A stretch of DNA of 64,000 nucleotides from NCBI GenBank assembly GCA_965237675.1, contig OZ250150.1:2944001-3008000 (forward strand), given 5' to 3'. Position 1 is the stretch's first letter. The number at the start of each line of letters is the position of its first letter. This document shows, piece after piece, positions 50,689 to 62,101 of the stretch. Under the pieces are notes generated by a model. It was not told the origin of the DNA. It made no database searches and worked only from the letters and a program-made list of their open reading frames with translations. Source of the stretch: Candidatus Latescibacterota bacterium. GTDB taxonomy: Bacteria > Latescibacterota > UBA2968 > GCA-2709665. The translations under genes and the position numbers were made by a program.

Positions 50689-50924
50689 CGCATTCCTCAG
50701 CCGCGCCGTCAACAACAGTCATCCACAAGGCTGTGCGCCCTTGCGCCTTCAACAAGACAAAACCACCGAAACACCGTCCCGTAAAATCCGTGCAGCCCTA
50801 CAATAACCGCCTGATTATCGTAGAATTAATTTTTTAATATTTAAGACCGGAATTGACCGCGTGCGGTTACCCTTTGCCCACGGGTGTAGGGGAATGTACG
50901 GACGATCGCCGGGTGCGGAAGGGT

Positions 50925-53074
50925 TCAGGGGCGATCGGACGTCGCGAGCCGGTCCTCGTAAAACGGCCCCGTTTCAAACGTCCTGGCCACAACGTCCAGC
51001 TGACGCAGATAGGTTTCTTTTCTTCGATTCGGGCCGTAAACGCCAAAGTCCACGAAATGGAGCCGATCTGTCTTCTCGTCCACCAGCACGTAGCTTCTGA
51101 AGGGCCCGCCCTTCCACGCAAGATTGTTCTGCCAAACGCCTTCAAGATGCACCGCCAGCCGGCTCCCCAACTCCCGCTGACTTACCTTCAGGCCTGTCTG
51201 ATCCACGACGTCGTTCTCAAAGAACCGGGAGGTGATCTCGTTCCGCTTCCGGATGCACCACGCCTCTGTCAAACGATCCGGGCTGACGCCATCCTCACGG
51301 TAGACAAACATCCACTGTGTCACGCGCGCGTGCGTTCGCGTGAGTACCACGAACCCGCTATCGGCATGGGTATCGATGAAATTGAACCCGAAAGGCACGC
51401 GCACACGCCATCCGAATCGTTTCGCCAGTTCCGATGCAAGCGCCTCTCTTTCGCCAAATCGGAAGAGAGACTCGGCGACCCGTTCGTCGCGCTTCCCATC
51501 GATTGCGCCGTAAATCCGATCCGCCTCCGTCATAATATTGGCTCTCAACGCATCACGATCCTCGCCCGTAACCAGAACCACGACCTGGTCGTCGGCCCAC
51601 ACGTCCCGCCGGATGACCACCGGCGGCGCTCCGTTCCGAATGACCTCCCGACGCGCCGGCGGCACGAGGGAGCGTACCAGACCGCCTGCTTCACGGTCTC
51701 CATCCAGCGGCGCGGCGATCACGATATTCTTCCGCCGCAGCATGCGAAAATCTCCGGCGTGTGCGAACGAGACATGGTAAAGGCGCTCCTTCCTGGGCGT
51801 CAGGATTTCACGCTCGATGACGTCGCGGAGCGTTCCCCGCAATGTCCGGCTCTCCGTGGAATCCGCAATGACCGTGACCATGTCGACGCGTCCGGAACCG
51901 GGAGGCAACCCATCGAGCCGCAGGAACGAAAGCAGCCGATCCTTAATCGCCGCCAGCTTTACGAAGGCTTCGGACCGGCCCGGCACCTCAACCGTGGGCC
52001 CGACCCCGCCGCACTGTGTCAACGCCGCCAGAATCAAACCCGAAGCCAACAGCAGACCTGTGCGGGAGAGGCGGCGTTCGTGGCCCCGTCTGGCATTCAG
52101 CAGCCGTGATATCCGCCTGACGACCTGCTTCCGATCTCCGGCGGCGCCAATGCCCAGTGTCGATCCGACCGGCGACGCCGCCATCTCCGTCAGGCGGGTG
52201 AGGCAGGCCGCATACCCCCTGGCTCTTCCGGTAATGCCCACAACCACATCGTCACACGCGACCTCCCGCGTTCCAGGTCCATCTGTCGCGCAATCCACCA
52301 TACGGCCGGATGGAAGAACAGAACGCAGCCCACGAGCGCCTGGAACAGTTTGGTCCAATCGTCCAGCCGGTGCAAGTGCGCCAGTTCGTGCAGGACCACC
52401 TGATCGAATTCAGCCTCCGTCAGCCGGTCCAGCATGGACTCCGGAATCAGAATCACGGGTTTGAACAGACCTGTCGCCGCAGGCGTGCGTACTCGCGTGG
52501 AACTGCAAAGGCGCACCCAGCGCCGCGTCTCGCTCCTGTAGTACAGATGACGCAGCCTGTGCTGATATCGGGCGGAGAGGGGCCTCGCGCTTCGTTTCAG
52601 GCGCCGCATGTGGCGGAACCCCAGAATGAGTTTGGTCGTCAGCGCCAGCGAAACCAGCATCCATACCGCAAAAACCAACGGCGGCCACTGCCCGGGCAGT
52701 TCCGGCGCAACACCCTGCTCCGCGTGTTCCCGAACCTTTGCACCGCCGGCGCCTGGCGCCGATTCAAAAGCGGCCGCCTCGCTCCGCTTCCGGGGACCGG
52801 GCATCTCCGGGTCGCTCACCTCAGAGGCCCGATACCATATCCGCGCCGCACCCGCACGGTCCGGTGGATCCCAGCCCTCGGACCAGCACAACGTGAATAC
52901 CACAAGCAGCGTGGTCGTCCAGATGACGTAGCGGGTGCGCGCGTTCAGCCACCGCGCCACACCCAACAGGCACCCGACCGCAAGCGTAACGATCAGCCCC
53001 TGCCAAAGACCGTAAAGCAGGGCGGACACCGCCACCCGTGAAACGGCATCGAAGATTTCGTAGCCCGCCAACAT
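50925..53074 (-). pseudogene. M56 (BlaR1-like) peptidase fused to DUF4837-like domain, frameshifted near 52268
   Basis: HELAH zinc motif, FFHPAVW; QMDLER|EVACD split across frames by an extra CG; C-terminal DVWA..Q, EGVW...GGPF.SY. May be an assembly error. Confidence 0.8.
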
Positions 53075-53084
53075 GGGCCCTCTC

Positions 53085-53462
53085 CTACCTGCTGTCGTCC
53101 ACCATTTGCTTCAGGCGTTCGAGAACGTCGGGATCAAGCGCTTCGTTTTCCAGAATGTTCAACACCAGCGTCTCCGGCGAATTGTTGAAAAACCGGCTCA
53201 TCATATACCGAACCACGCTTCTTCTGGCTTCCTCGCGGCCAATCACCGGCTGGTAGACATAGGCCCTGCCTTCCTTCTCATGCGACAGGTAGCCTTTCCG
53301 CTCGAGAATCCTGAGCGTTGTCAACACCGTGCTATAGGCCGGTGGCTCTTCGCCGGGCAGCGCGGCGACCACGTCACTCACCGTGGCCGCCCCCTTCTTC
53401 CACATCACGTCCATCAGCCTGAGTTCCGCTTCCGTCAGCGTGGGTGACTTCGGCCTTGCCAT
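53085..53462 (-). CDS. BlaI/MecI/CopY family repressor
   Basis: LTEAELRLMDVMW, AYSTVLTTLRILERKG, GRAYVY.P; AGGAG RBS. Confidence 0.93.
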   Translation of the reverse strand: MARPKSPTLTEAELRLMDVMWKKGAATVSDVVAALPGEEPPAYSTVLTTLRILERKGYLSHEKEGRAYVYQPVIGREEARRSVVRYMMSRFFNNSPETLVLNILENEALDPDVLERLKQMVDDSR

Positions 53463-53541
53463 ACAATCCACTCCTATAATGACAGCGTTAGACCACGGCG
53501 TTTCGTGTGGGCGCCGGGCGCCGGTCTCATCAACGTCTGAA

Positions 53542-53582
53542 CGGCGGCCGAATTTCGGCAATCTATTTCCGGGTCAGAACAC
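53542..53582 (-). repeat. Terminal fragment of the IS630-derived MITE
   Basis: Reverse complement GTGTTCTGACCCGGAAATAGATTGCCGAAATTCGGCCGCCG matches 28488-28528 with one mismatch. Confidence 0.85.
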
Positions 53583-53641
53583 GAGGCGGGGGCGATTCAC
53601 GCTGCCCCAGCGGTGTGGTTCGTGTAAACGTGGGTGGCGCG

Positions 53642-53701
53642 ATTAATTCCTTAATATAAAATATATGGAAATCCCACCTTTTGTCAATTAATAAATTAAT
53701 A
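53642..53701 (-). promoter_or_regulatory. Sigma70-type promoter of blaI-like operon with two ATTAAT-N3-TTAATA boxes
   Basis: TTGACA (53687-53682), TATATT (~53665-53660); boxes at 53642 and 53687, third at 50825. Confidence 0.6.
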
Positions 53702-53814
53702 ATTCTTAACTGAACCATCAGGCTGCGCGGTCCGGATCGATGACAATCACCCTGGTACAGAACCGGGAGTCTTATGAAACACGGTGTTTTTTCTGGAAGC
53801 GTCAGCAGTTTTGC

Positions 53815-53875
53815 TTGACATGTGCTTCAGGAATGGGTAAATTAAAACGTTCGTTTAAATCATACGTTTGTTTGA
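53815..53875 (+). promoter_or_regulatory. Promoter and TetR-type operators of the efflux operon
   Basis: TTGACA-N17-TAAATT, then AAACGTTCGTTT and ATACGTTTGTTT. Confidence 0.7.
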
Positions 53876-53900
53876 ATTCCGATATTAGGATTCTGAATCG

Positions 53901-54545
53901 ATGAACCAATCCGACACCCACAACCGGTTGCTCGACGCCGCCGAGCAACTCTTTGCCGAACACGGAATCGGCGCCACGTCCTTACGGGCCATCACTGCGG
54001 AAGCCCCGGCGAACCTGGCCTCCATCCATTACCACTTCGGCTCCAAAGAAGCGCTGGTCGAAGCCGTCTTCGCCCGAAGGCTGGAACCGCTCAACCGGGA
54101 ACGCTGCCGCCTTCTCGAAGCGGAAGAGGCGGCCGCCGGTGGCCCGCCCTCCATTGAAGCCACCGTAAATGCCTTCGTGGCGCCCGCGATGCGGCTGGCG
54201 CACGACCCCGCGGGCGGCGGCGAGAGTTTCATGTTGCTCATCGGAAGGCTCTACTCCGAACCGGGAGACCTGGCGTTCAAAATCACGGAACAGTTCGCCG
54301 AAGTCTTTCAGCGTTTTACATCCGCTCTTTCCCGCAGCCTGCCCCACCTGTCCCAGACTGACCTGCTATGGAGATTCTTCTTCATGGTCGGCAGCATGAG
54401 CATGCCGCTGATGGGGAGGCACATCATCCCGCGCAGGACCGCGGGCTTATGCGACCCTGCGGACATCGAGGACAACATCAAACGCCTTGTCGCGTTCCTC
54501 GCGGGCGGCCTCCGGGCCGCTGCCCCCAACGGAGACACACCTTGA
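53901..54545 (+). CDS. TetR family regulator
   Basis: LLDAAEQLFAEHG...TSLRAIT....N.ASIHYHFGSKEAL. Confidence 0.95.
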   Translation: MNQSDTHNRLLDAAEQLFAEHGIGATSLRAITAEAPANLASIHYHFGSKEALVEAVFARRLEPLNRERCRLLEAEEAAAGGPPSIEATVNAFVAPAMRLAHDPAGGGESFMLLIGRLYSEPGDLAFKITEQFAEVFQRFTSALSRSLPHLSQTDLLWRFFFMVGSMSMPLMGRHIIPRRTAGLCDPADIEDNIKRLVAFLAGGLRAAAPNGDTP

Positions 54546-55981
54546 GACGCGTACTTCCCATTCTCACCCTGCTGCTGGCGGCCTGCGCCGCGGCGCCACA
54601 GGTGAACCCACCGGACCTCAACGTAACGGTACCGGAGCGCTGGTCCGCCGGCCAGCCCGGCGCCGCCGCGGACACCCTCTGGTGGAGGGCTTTCAACGAT
54701 GAAGTCCTTACCGGTCTGGTCGCCGAAGCGCTCGTGCACAACCTCAACCTTCAATCCGCTGCCGCCCGGGTCAACGCCGCCGCCGCGCGCGCCAGAATCG
54801 CGGGTGCCCCGATGTATCCGGATGCCACGGGCCGAATTGGAGGGTCCCGCCGCAAACAGAATTTCATTGGTTTTCCGATCCCTGGCTCCGGAAACGGCGT
54901 TCCCTCTTCGACGTCCACCAACTTCGGTGTCTCCCTCGATGTCTCTTGGGAACTTGATCTCTGGGGTCGCCTGGGAGCCGGGGCGTCCGCGGCATTGGCC
55001 GATGTGCAGGCCTCGCGCGCCGAATACGCGGGCGCCCGACTCTCGCTGACGGGACAGACGGCCAAGACCTGGTTCGCCGCCGTGGAGGCCCACAGGCAGG
55101 TCGAACTGTCGGAAGCCACCGTCGAAAACTTCCGGACCTCCAGCGACGTCGTCCGTGAACGTTACAGGCGCGGTCTGAGGCACGCCCTTGACCTCCGCCG
55201 CGCGCTGTCCAGTCTGGCCGGCGCCGAGGCCGTCCTTCAACAACACCGACTCGTCTACGGCGCAACCTGCCGCCAACTCGAGGTTCTCCTGGGCCGATAT
55301 CCCGCGGCCGCTCTCAGCCCCGGCATCGCCCTGCCCGCACTGCCCGAAGCCGTTCCCGCCGGCCTCCCCGCGGACCTCGTGTCCCGCCGGCCGGACCTCG
55401 TTGCGGCGGAACGTGGGCTGGCGGCGTCCTACGCCCGTTACACGCAGGCCAAAAGGGCGCTCTATCCCCGCATCAGCCTGACGGGGTCGGCAGGTATCTC
55501 CAGCAATGAACTGAAGAATCTGCTCGACGGCGACTTCAGCGTGTGGAACCTGGCGGGCAACATCCTGCAACCCTTGTTTCAGGGCGGCCGAATCCGCGGC
55601 GGCATCCAGCAGGCCGCATCACAATCCGAACAGGCACTGGCGCTATACGTTCAAAGCGTTCTGTCGGCCTATGCAGAAGTAGAAAACGGGCTTGCGGCCG
55701 AGGTTCTTCTGGCCAAACGACAGGCCGCGCTGGAAACCGCCACAGAACAGGCGCTGGCCGCGCGCCGCCTCGCGGAAGACAGATACGCGAGCGGGCTCGT
55801 GGACCTCAACACGATGCTTGACGCTCAGCGCGGCGCCTATGCTTCCGAAAGCCAGTTGATTGCCGTGCGCCGCCAGCGTCTGGAAAACCGGGTCAACCTG
55901 CACCTCGCCCTCGGCGGGGGATTCCCGGGTCCCGACAGCGTGGCTTCAAGTATTCCCACCGAGCAACCGGAAGGACAGTAA
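54542..55981 (+). CDS. Efflux outer-membrane lipoprotein (NodT/TolC family)
   Basis: TTG start overlapping tetR stop; lipobox LAAC; WW..F.D, SWELDLWG, RRPD, ALGGG. Confidence 0.92.
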   Translation: MRRVLPILTLLLAACAAAPQVNPPDLNVTVPERWSAGQPGAAADTLWWRAFNDEVLTGLVAEALVHNLNLQSAAARVNAAAARARIAGAPMYPDATGRIGGSRRKQNFIGFPIPGSGNGVPSSTSTNFGVSLDVSWELDLWGRLGAGASAALADVQASRAEYAGARLSLTGQTAKTWFAAVEAHRQVELSEATVENFRTSSDVVRERYRRGLRHALDLRRALSSLAGAEAVLQQHRLVYGATCRQLEVLLGRYPAAALSPGIALPALPEAVPAGLPADLVSRRPDLVAAERGLAASYARYTQAKRALYPRISLTGSAGISSNELKNLLDGDFSVWNLAGNILQPLFQGGRIRGGIQQAASQSEQALALYVQSVLSAYAEVENGLAAEVLLAKRQAALETATEQALAARRLAEDRYASGLVDLNTMLDAQRGAYASESQLIAVRRQRLENRVNLHLALGGGFPGPDSVASSIPTEQPEGQ

Positions 55982-55984
55982 CCC

Positions 55985-57262
55985 ATGGGTCGGTATCAGA
56001 GGAGGAATCCGGACAGACCGGGAACTTTCGAACGTTATTGGGGCGCCGTCTTCGGCTGGATTCGGCGGCATCCGAAGGCGCTGCTCCCCGTGGCGGTGAT
56101 TCTGATCGGAATGCTGAGCGCGTACGTCCTTATTGGCGCGCGGCCCGAGGTCGTCGTCGCACCCCCGGAGACGCCGCCGCCGCTGGTACGAGCGATGACG
56201 GTCGAATCCCGGGACTTACAACTGAAGGTTCAGGCTCAGGGCACCGTCGCCCCACGCACGGAAACCAGTCTGGGGTCCCAGGTTGCCGGGCAGATCATCT
56301 CCGTCTCTCCCGCCTTCGCCAACGGTGGCTTCTTTAAAACCGGGGATGTACTGCTCACCATCGAACCTCGGGATTACGAACTCGCGGTCGACCGTGCGCG
56401 GGCCGTGGTCGCGCAGGCCGAAGTGAGACTCGCGCGGGAAGAGGAAGAATCCGAATTGGCCATGCAGGAATGGAAGCGCCTGGGCAATGGCGAAGCCACG
56501 GCCCTGGCCCTTCGCAAACCCCAGTTGGCTGACGCTCGCGCCGCCCTCCAGGCCGCGCGGGCGTCTCAGGAACAGGCCCGCCTCGCGCTCGAACGAACCC
56601 GCATCCGCGCTCCCTACGAAGGGCGCGTGCTCTCCAAATCAGTGGGCCTGGGCCAGTACATCAATCCCGGTACTTCCGTTGCCCGCATCTACGCCGTCGA
56701 CTACGCCGAGATCCGGCTGGCCGTGCCGCACGCACAACTCGCCTACCTCGATCTGGCCTACAGCTTTCGCAACGAACTCGAACCCGCGTCGCGACCGAAG
56801 GCCCTGATTCGAGCGGTGTTCGCCGGACGCCGGCACACGTGGACGGGTCAAGTCGTACGAATAGAAGGTGAAATCGACGCCCGTACCCGTATGGTCAACC
56901 TGGTGGCCCGCGTCGATGCTCCATACGACAGGGGGAATGATCCGGAACGTGCTCCGCTCTTCGCGGGCCTGTTTGTCGAGGCCGAAATTGAGGGGCGCGT
57001 CGTCCGGAACGTCGTGGTTGTGCCCCGCGCTGCCGTCAGGGGTTCGGATGAGGTCCTCGTTATAGATGGCGACAGCCGTCTGCGTTTCAGGCGTGTCGAT
57101 CTGTTAAGGATGGAAGCGAAAAACGCCCTGATCCGATCCGGTCTGGCCACCGGCGAACGGGTGTGCATCTCGCCGCTCGCCGCAGTCGTCGACGGCATGC
57201 GGGTCCGGATCCTCCCGGAAGAGGCTGACGCCGCGCCCGGGAAGGAAGGGGGTGCTGGATGA
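55985..57262 (+). CDS. RND periplasmic adaptor (membrane fusion protein)
   Basis: TM anchor, lipoyl halves (QVAGQI, IRAPYEG), coiled hairpin. Confidence 0.92.
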   Translation: MGRYQRRNPDRPGTFERYWGAVFGWIRRHPKALLPVAVILIGMLSAYVLIGARPEVVVAPPETPPPLVRAMTVESRDLQLKVQAQGTVAPRTETSLGSQVAGQIISVSPAFANGGFFKTGDVLLTIEPRDYELAVDRARAVVAQAEVRLAREEEESELAMQEWKRLGNGEATALALRKPQLADARAALQAARASQEQARLALERTRIRAPYEGRVLSKSVGLGQYINPGTSVARIYAVDYAEIRLAVPHAQLAYLDLAYSFRNELEPASRPKALIRAVFAGRRHTWTGQVVRIEGEIDARTRMVNLVARVDAPYDRGNDPERAPLFAGLFVEAEIEGRVVRNVVVVPRAAVRGSDEVLVIDGDSRLRFRRVDLLRMEAKNALIRSGLATGERVCISPLAAVVDGMRVRILPEEADAAPGKEGGAG

Positions 57263-60200
57263 ATCGCGCCATTGCCTGGTTTGCCGAAAACAGCGTTGCC
57301 GCGAACCTGCTCATGGTCATTATTCTGGCCGGCGGCATGCTCGCGATTGCCAGCCTCGAAGTGGAGCATTTTCCGGAATTCTCGTCCGACGTCATCTCGG
57401 CCTCAGTCGTTTATCGCGGTGCGGCGCCGGAGGAAGTGGAAGAAGGCGTCTGTGTGCGGATCGAAGAGGCGGTGCAGGGTCTGGAAGGCATCAAACGCAT
57501 TCGATCCACCGCTTCCGAAAACCGGGGCAGCGTCAACATCGAACTCCTGCCCGGCACGGATGCCCGCAAGTTGCTGGAAGATGTCAAGTCCGCCGTTGAC
57601 GGGATCGACACCTTTCCCGACGAAACCGAACAACCCGTCATCCAGGAAGTCGTGTTGCGGCGCCAGGTGATCAACGTGGCCGTTTCCGGCAACGCCGACG
57701 AAGCCACGCTCAAATACCTGGGTGAGCAGGTCCGTGACGAGATCACGGCCATTCCCGGAATTACCCAGGCGGTACTCAGCGGCGCGCGTCCATACGAGGT
57801 CTCCATCGAAGTCTCCGAATCCGCGCTGAGGCGATTCAGCCTGACCTTTGACGAAGTCGTCCGGGCGGTACGTCGCTCCTCGCTGGACCTGCCGGGCGGC
57901 GCCATCAAAACGGAAGGCGGGGAAATCCTGCTGCGGACAAAAGGGCAGGCCTACCGGGGTCCGGCCTTTGAAAACATCGTCCTGCGCACCCGGCCTGACG
58001 GGGCCGCGCTTACCGTGGGCGATGTGGCCAGGGTTGTCGACGGATTTGCGGACGCGGATCTAACCGGACGTTTCGACCTGGAACCCGGTGTGATTGTACA
58101 GGTCTTTCGGGTGGGCGACCAGGATGCGCTTGAAATCTCCCGAAATGTCAAGGAATACGTCAAATCGGCGGAATCCCGCCTGCCCGAGGGCATTTCTCTG
58201 ACCGTCTACGCCGATTTCTCCAGGATCCTGGAAGGGCGACTCAACCTGATGCTGAAAAACGGGCGGGGCGGCTTTATTCTGGTTCTCTTTATCCTGGCCA
58301 TGTTTTTGCGCCTTCGTCTGGCCTTCTGGATCGCTCTGGGTATTCCCATTTCGTTTCTCGGCGCCATTTGGCTGATGCCGTCCATAGGCGCTTCCATCAA
58401 TGTGATCTCGCTATTCGCATTCATCGTGGTGCTGGGCATCGTTGTCGACGACGCAATCGTCGTCGGAGAGAATATTTACCGCCGGTTTCAGCAGGGGGAG
58501 CGCGGCCTGCGCGGCGCCATCGCCGGCGCCCAGGAAGTGGCTGTGCCCGTCACCTTTGCCGTGTTGACTTCCATTGCCGCGTTTTCGCCCCTGTTGATGG
58601 TTCCGGGCAACACCGGCAAGATCATGAGACTGATCCCCGAGATCGTCATTCTTACGTTGGTTTTTTCACTGGTGGAATCCCTGTTCATTCTTCCCGCCCA
58701 CCTGGCGCACGTCAAGCTGCGCGGCAGAAAAAAAACAACCGGCCGTATCGGCCGGTTGATGAAGGCGTTTCGAGACGGTTTTTCAACTCGCCTGGAATCG
58801 CTCATCCTTCGGGTTTACCGCCCGCTGCTTGAACGCTGCCTGGAGTGGCGTTACCTCAGCGCGTCAGTGGGCGTGGCCGCGCTGACACTGACGGCCGGAC
58901 TCATTCTCGGCGGCTGGATTCAATTCCTGTTCTTCCCCCAGGTCCCGGCAGACAACGTGGCGGCAAACCTGACGATGCCGCAGGGAACACCCTCCGAGAC
59001 GACCGCGCGGGCCGTCAGCCGCCTTGAATCGTCCGCCATTCGGCTACAGCGCGAACTGGAATCGGAAAACGATCAGAAAATCTTCATGCATATGTTGGCC
59101 GTTGTGGGGGACCAACCCCTCAGGACGGCGCAGCGCCAGTTTCAGGGTGCGAATGCCTCTTTCTCCGGCGCGCACCTGGGCGAGGTCAACATTGAACTCA
59201 CGCCCGCCGAGGATCGAACCGTCAGCAGCATCGAATCGCCACACGCTGGCGCGAACTCACCGGGCCCATCCCGGAAGCCACGGAGCTGACGTTCACCTCG
59301 TCCCTCTTTTCCGCGGGCGATCCCATCAACATCCAGCTTACCGGCCCCGACTACGCCGAACTCCGGGCCGCGGCGGAAAAGTTAAAGAGCAAACTCGCGG
59401 AGTACCCGGGTGTGCTGGACATTGCCGACTCGTTTCGCCCGGGCAAGAAGGAGGTCAAACTCGCGCTCACCGAAGAGGCGCGCCTGCTTGGCCTCACCAT
59501 GTCCGACCTGGCTCGTCAGGTGCGCCAGGCGTTCTACGGAGAAGAAGCGCAACGCATCCAGCGTGGAAGGGACGATGTGAAGGTGATGGTCCGATATCCC
59601 GAAAGCGAGCGGCGGTCGTTGAACAACCTGGAGACCATGCGCATCCGAACACCAGAAGGCTCCGAAGTGCCCTTCTCCGTTGCCGCCCAGACCGAACTCG
59701 GCAGGGGCTACGCCGCCATCAATCGCACCGACCGCCAGCGAATTGTAAACGTAACGGCCGATGTCGACCGGAACAGAGCCAATGCCAATGAGATTCTGGC
59801 CGACGTCACGTCGCAGGTGCTCCCGGCCATTGTGGCGGACCACCCCCGCATCCGCTACAGCCTCGAAGGCGAGCAGCGGGAGCAGCAGGAAACCGTCTCC
59901 GGCCTCATGCGAAGCTTCGGTGTCGCCCTCATTGTCATCTTCGGCCTGCTCGCGATTCCCTTCCGATCCTATCTCCAGCCGTTGATTATCATGGCCGTTA
60001 TCCCCTTCGGGTTTGTGGGCGCCATATGGGGCCATATCATAATGGGCCTGGACCTCACCATTCTATCGCTATTCGGTCTGGTCGCGCTGTCCGGCGTGGT
60101 CATCAACGACAGCCTCGTCTTGGTGGATTTCATCAACCGCCGGCGCGCGGCGGGAAACAGCCTGGAAGAAGCCATCCGCGAAGCCGGCGTAGCCCGCTTC

Positions 60201-60458
60201 AGGCCCATCATCCTCACGTCTCTCACGACCTTCGGCGGCCTCACACCGCTGCTCTTTGAGACCAGCCTGCAGGCCCAATTCCTCATCCCGATGGCAACCT
60301 CCCTGGGCTTCGGCGTCATCTTCGGTACCTTCGTCATCCTCCTGCTGGTTCCCGTCACCTACGCCATCCTGGAAGACGTCAAATACGTCGTTGCCAGGCT
60401 GTTCGGCCGGGAGGCGAAGCATGAAGCGGAATTCGCGCCCGGAACCGCCACCGACTGA
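57259..60458 (+). pseudogene. RND efflux permease (AcrB family), -1 frameshift near 59234
   Basis: GIVVDDAIVVGEN, GVVIND, RFRPIILTSLTT; GAATC should read GAA ATC to continue IATRWRELTG. May be an assembly error. Confidence 0.85.
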
Positions 60459-60483
60459 AACGGCCTTCCCGTCGCAGGTACCC

Positions 60484-60720
60484 CACGTCATTGAGTCGAC
60501 ATCCTGAGCAAGTGGCCCCTGGCGCTGCCCTGAGCCGCTCCATGAGCCGGCGCCCTGAGCTTGCACCCTGAGCTTGCACCCTGAGCTTGTCGAAGGGTTG
60601 TCGAAGGGTCGGCGAAGGGTCGGCGAAGGACTGTGAAGAGCGAACAGGTAGCGACAGCGTGGGCGCTTCGACACGCTCGTTTCGACAAGCTCAACGCACG
60701 CAATGACCACGCTTCGGCAT
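60484..60720. repeat. Composite CCCTGAGCTTGTCGAAGGG repeat element, copy 2
   Basis: Colinear with 3626-3853, sharing the end CAACGCACGCAATGACCACG. Confidence 0.8.
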
Positions 60721-60878
60721 GTTCGCTTAGACGGGTTCGTTTCGACTATGCGTAAACGCTGTCCCGAACCCGGGAAAGATCGAGGGGTACGGCGTAGTCG
60801 AGGATCAGGATGTTGACAATTTTGCACTATACTACAAATTTGTCTTGACATTTATGTAGTTTAGTGCAAATTTATCAT

Positions 60879-62063
60879 ATGGGCGACCTGATCTCCAGAT
60901 ACCTCGAATCCGTTGCGTCCGACGATCTGAATAGGAGGATGGTTTTCGTCGCCGGGCCACGGCAGGTTGGAAAAACGACGCTTGCCACGCTGTTGGCACG
61001 GCGCCATACAAACAGAGTTTACCTGAACTGGGACAATCGAACTCATCGTGATCGGATTCTGCGTGAGGAATGGGATCCCGACAGTCAGATTCTCGTTTTC
61101 GACGAACTTCACAAATACGATCGCTGGAAGCGCCTGATTAAGGGCATCTGGGACACGAGACAGAATAACGAACGGATCATCGTAACCGGGAGTTCGAGGC
61201 TGGACACATATCGGCGAGGCGGCGACTCACTCCTTGGACGATACCACTCATACCGGCTCCACCCTTTTTCCCTGGCCGAACTTGAAGGCGGTCGGAAAAC
61301 AAACTACCAGGACGACCGGTTCGAATTGGAATTTGGAAAAGCAGGCCCGGACAATGTCCGGCATTTATTGTTATTTGGCGGCTTCCCTGAGCCGTGCCTC
61401 GCAGGCAGTTCGCGAACACACCGCCGCTGGCTTCTGGATCGGTTCGAACGGGTCTTCAGGGAAGATATCCGGGACACAACCGCCGTCCGTTCGCTTTCAC
61501 AGATCGAACTGTTAGGCGCGATGATGCCGAAACGCGTTGGGTCTCCACTCTCGCTCAACGCAATGTCCGAAGACCTCGAAGTCAGTCCGCACACGGTCCG
61601 CGCCTGGATGGACCTTCTCTGCCGGAACTACTACACGTATCGCGTCGCACCGTATCACCGTCGCATCGAACGGTCCGTAAAAAAGTCTGCCAAATATTAC
61701 CTGTGGGACTGGTCTGAAATAGTCAACGAAGGCGTCCGATTCGAGAACCTCATCGCCTCCCATCTTCTCAAATTCTGCCACTTTCTGCGAGACGCCAATG
61801 GAGTAAACGCGGACCTGCGGCTATTGCGAGATCGCGAGAAACGGGAAGTGGACTTCGTCGTTCTATGGGATGAAAAACCGTGGTTCCTGGTTGAATGCAA
61901 ACTAACCGTACCCCGAAGCCACGGACACCTCGTTCGTTATGGTGAACTCCTGGACGTCAAGCAGAGATATGTCGTGACGCTGTCCGAGAGAGACGACTAC
62001 TACAATCACGGTACGGGCGTCCGCGTCCTGCCCGCATCCAGGTTTCTTACGGCATTCCCGTAG
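60879..62063 (+). CDS. AAA_14/DUF4143 ATP-binding protein
   Basis: GPRQVGKTT, FDE, VTGS, GGFPE, K.Y..D, FEN, REVDF...VECK. Confidence 0.92.
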   Translation: MGDLISRYLESVASDDLNRRMVFVAGPRQVGKTTLATLLARRHTNRVYLNWDNRTHRDRILREEWDPDSQILVFDELHKYDRWKRLIKGIWDTRQNNERIIVTGSSRLDTYRRGGDSLLGRYHSYRLHPFSLAELEGGRKTNYQDDRFELEFGKAGPDNVRHLLLFGGFPEPCLAGSSRTHRRWLLDRFERVFREDIRDTTAVRSLSQIELLGAMMPKRVGSPLSLNAMSEDLEVSPHTVRAWMDLLCRNYYTYRVAPYHRRIERSVKKSAKYYLWDWSEIVNEGVRFENLIASHLLKFCHFLRDANGVNADLRLLRDREKREVDFVVLWDEKPWFLVECKLTVPRSHGHLVRYGELLDVKQRYVVTLSERDDYYNHGTGVRVLPASRFLTAFP

Positions 62064-62101
62064 GCAGCCGCGAATATGCCGCATGTACCGCACGGATCCG
62101 G

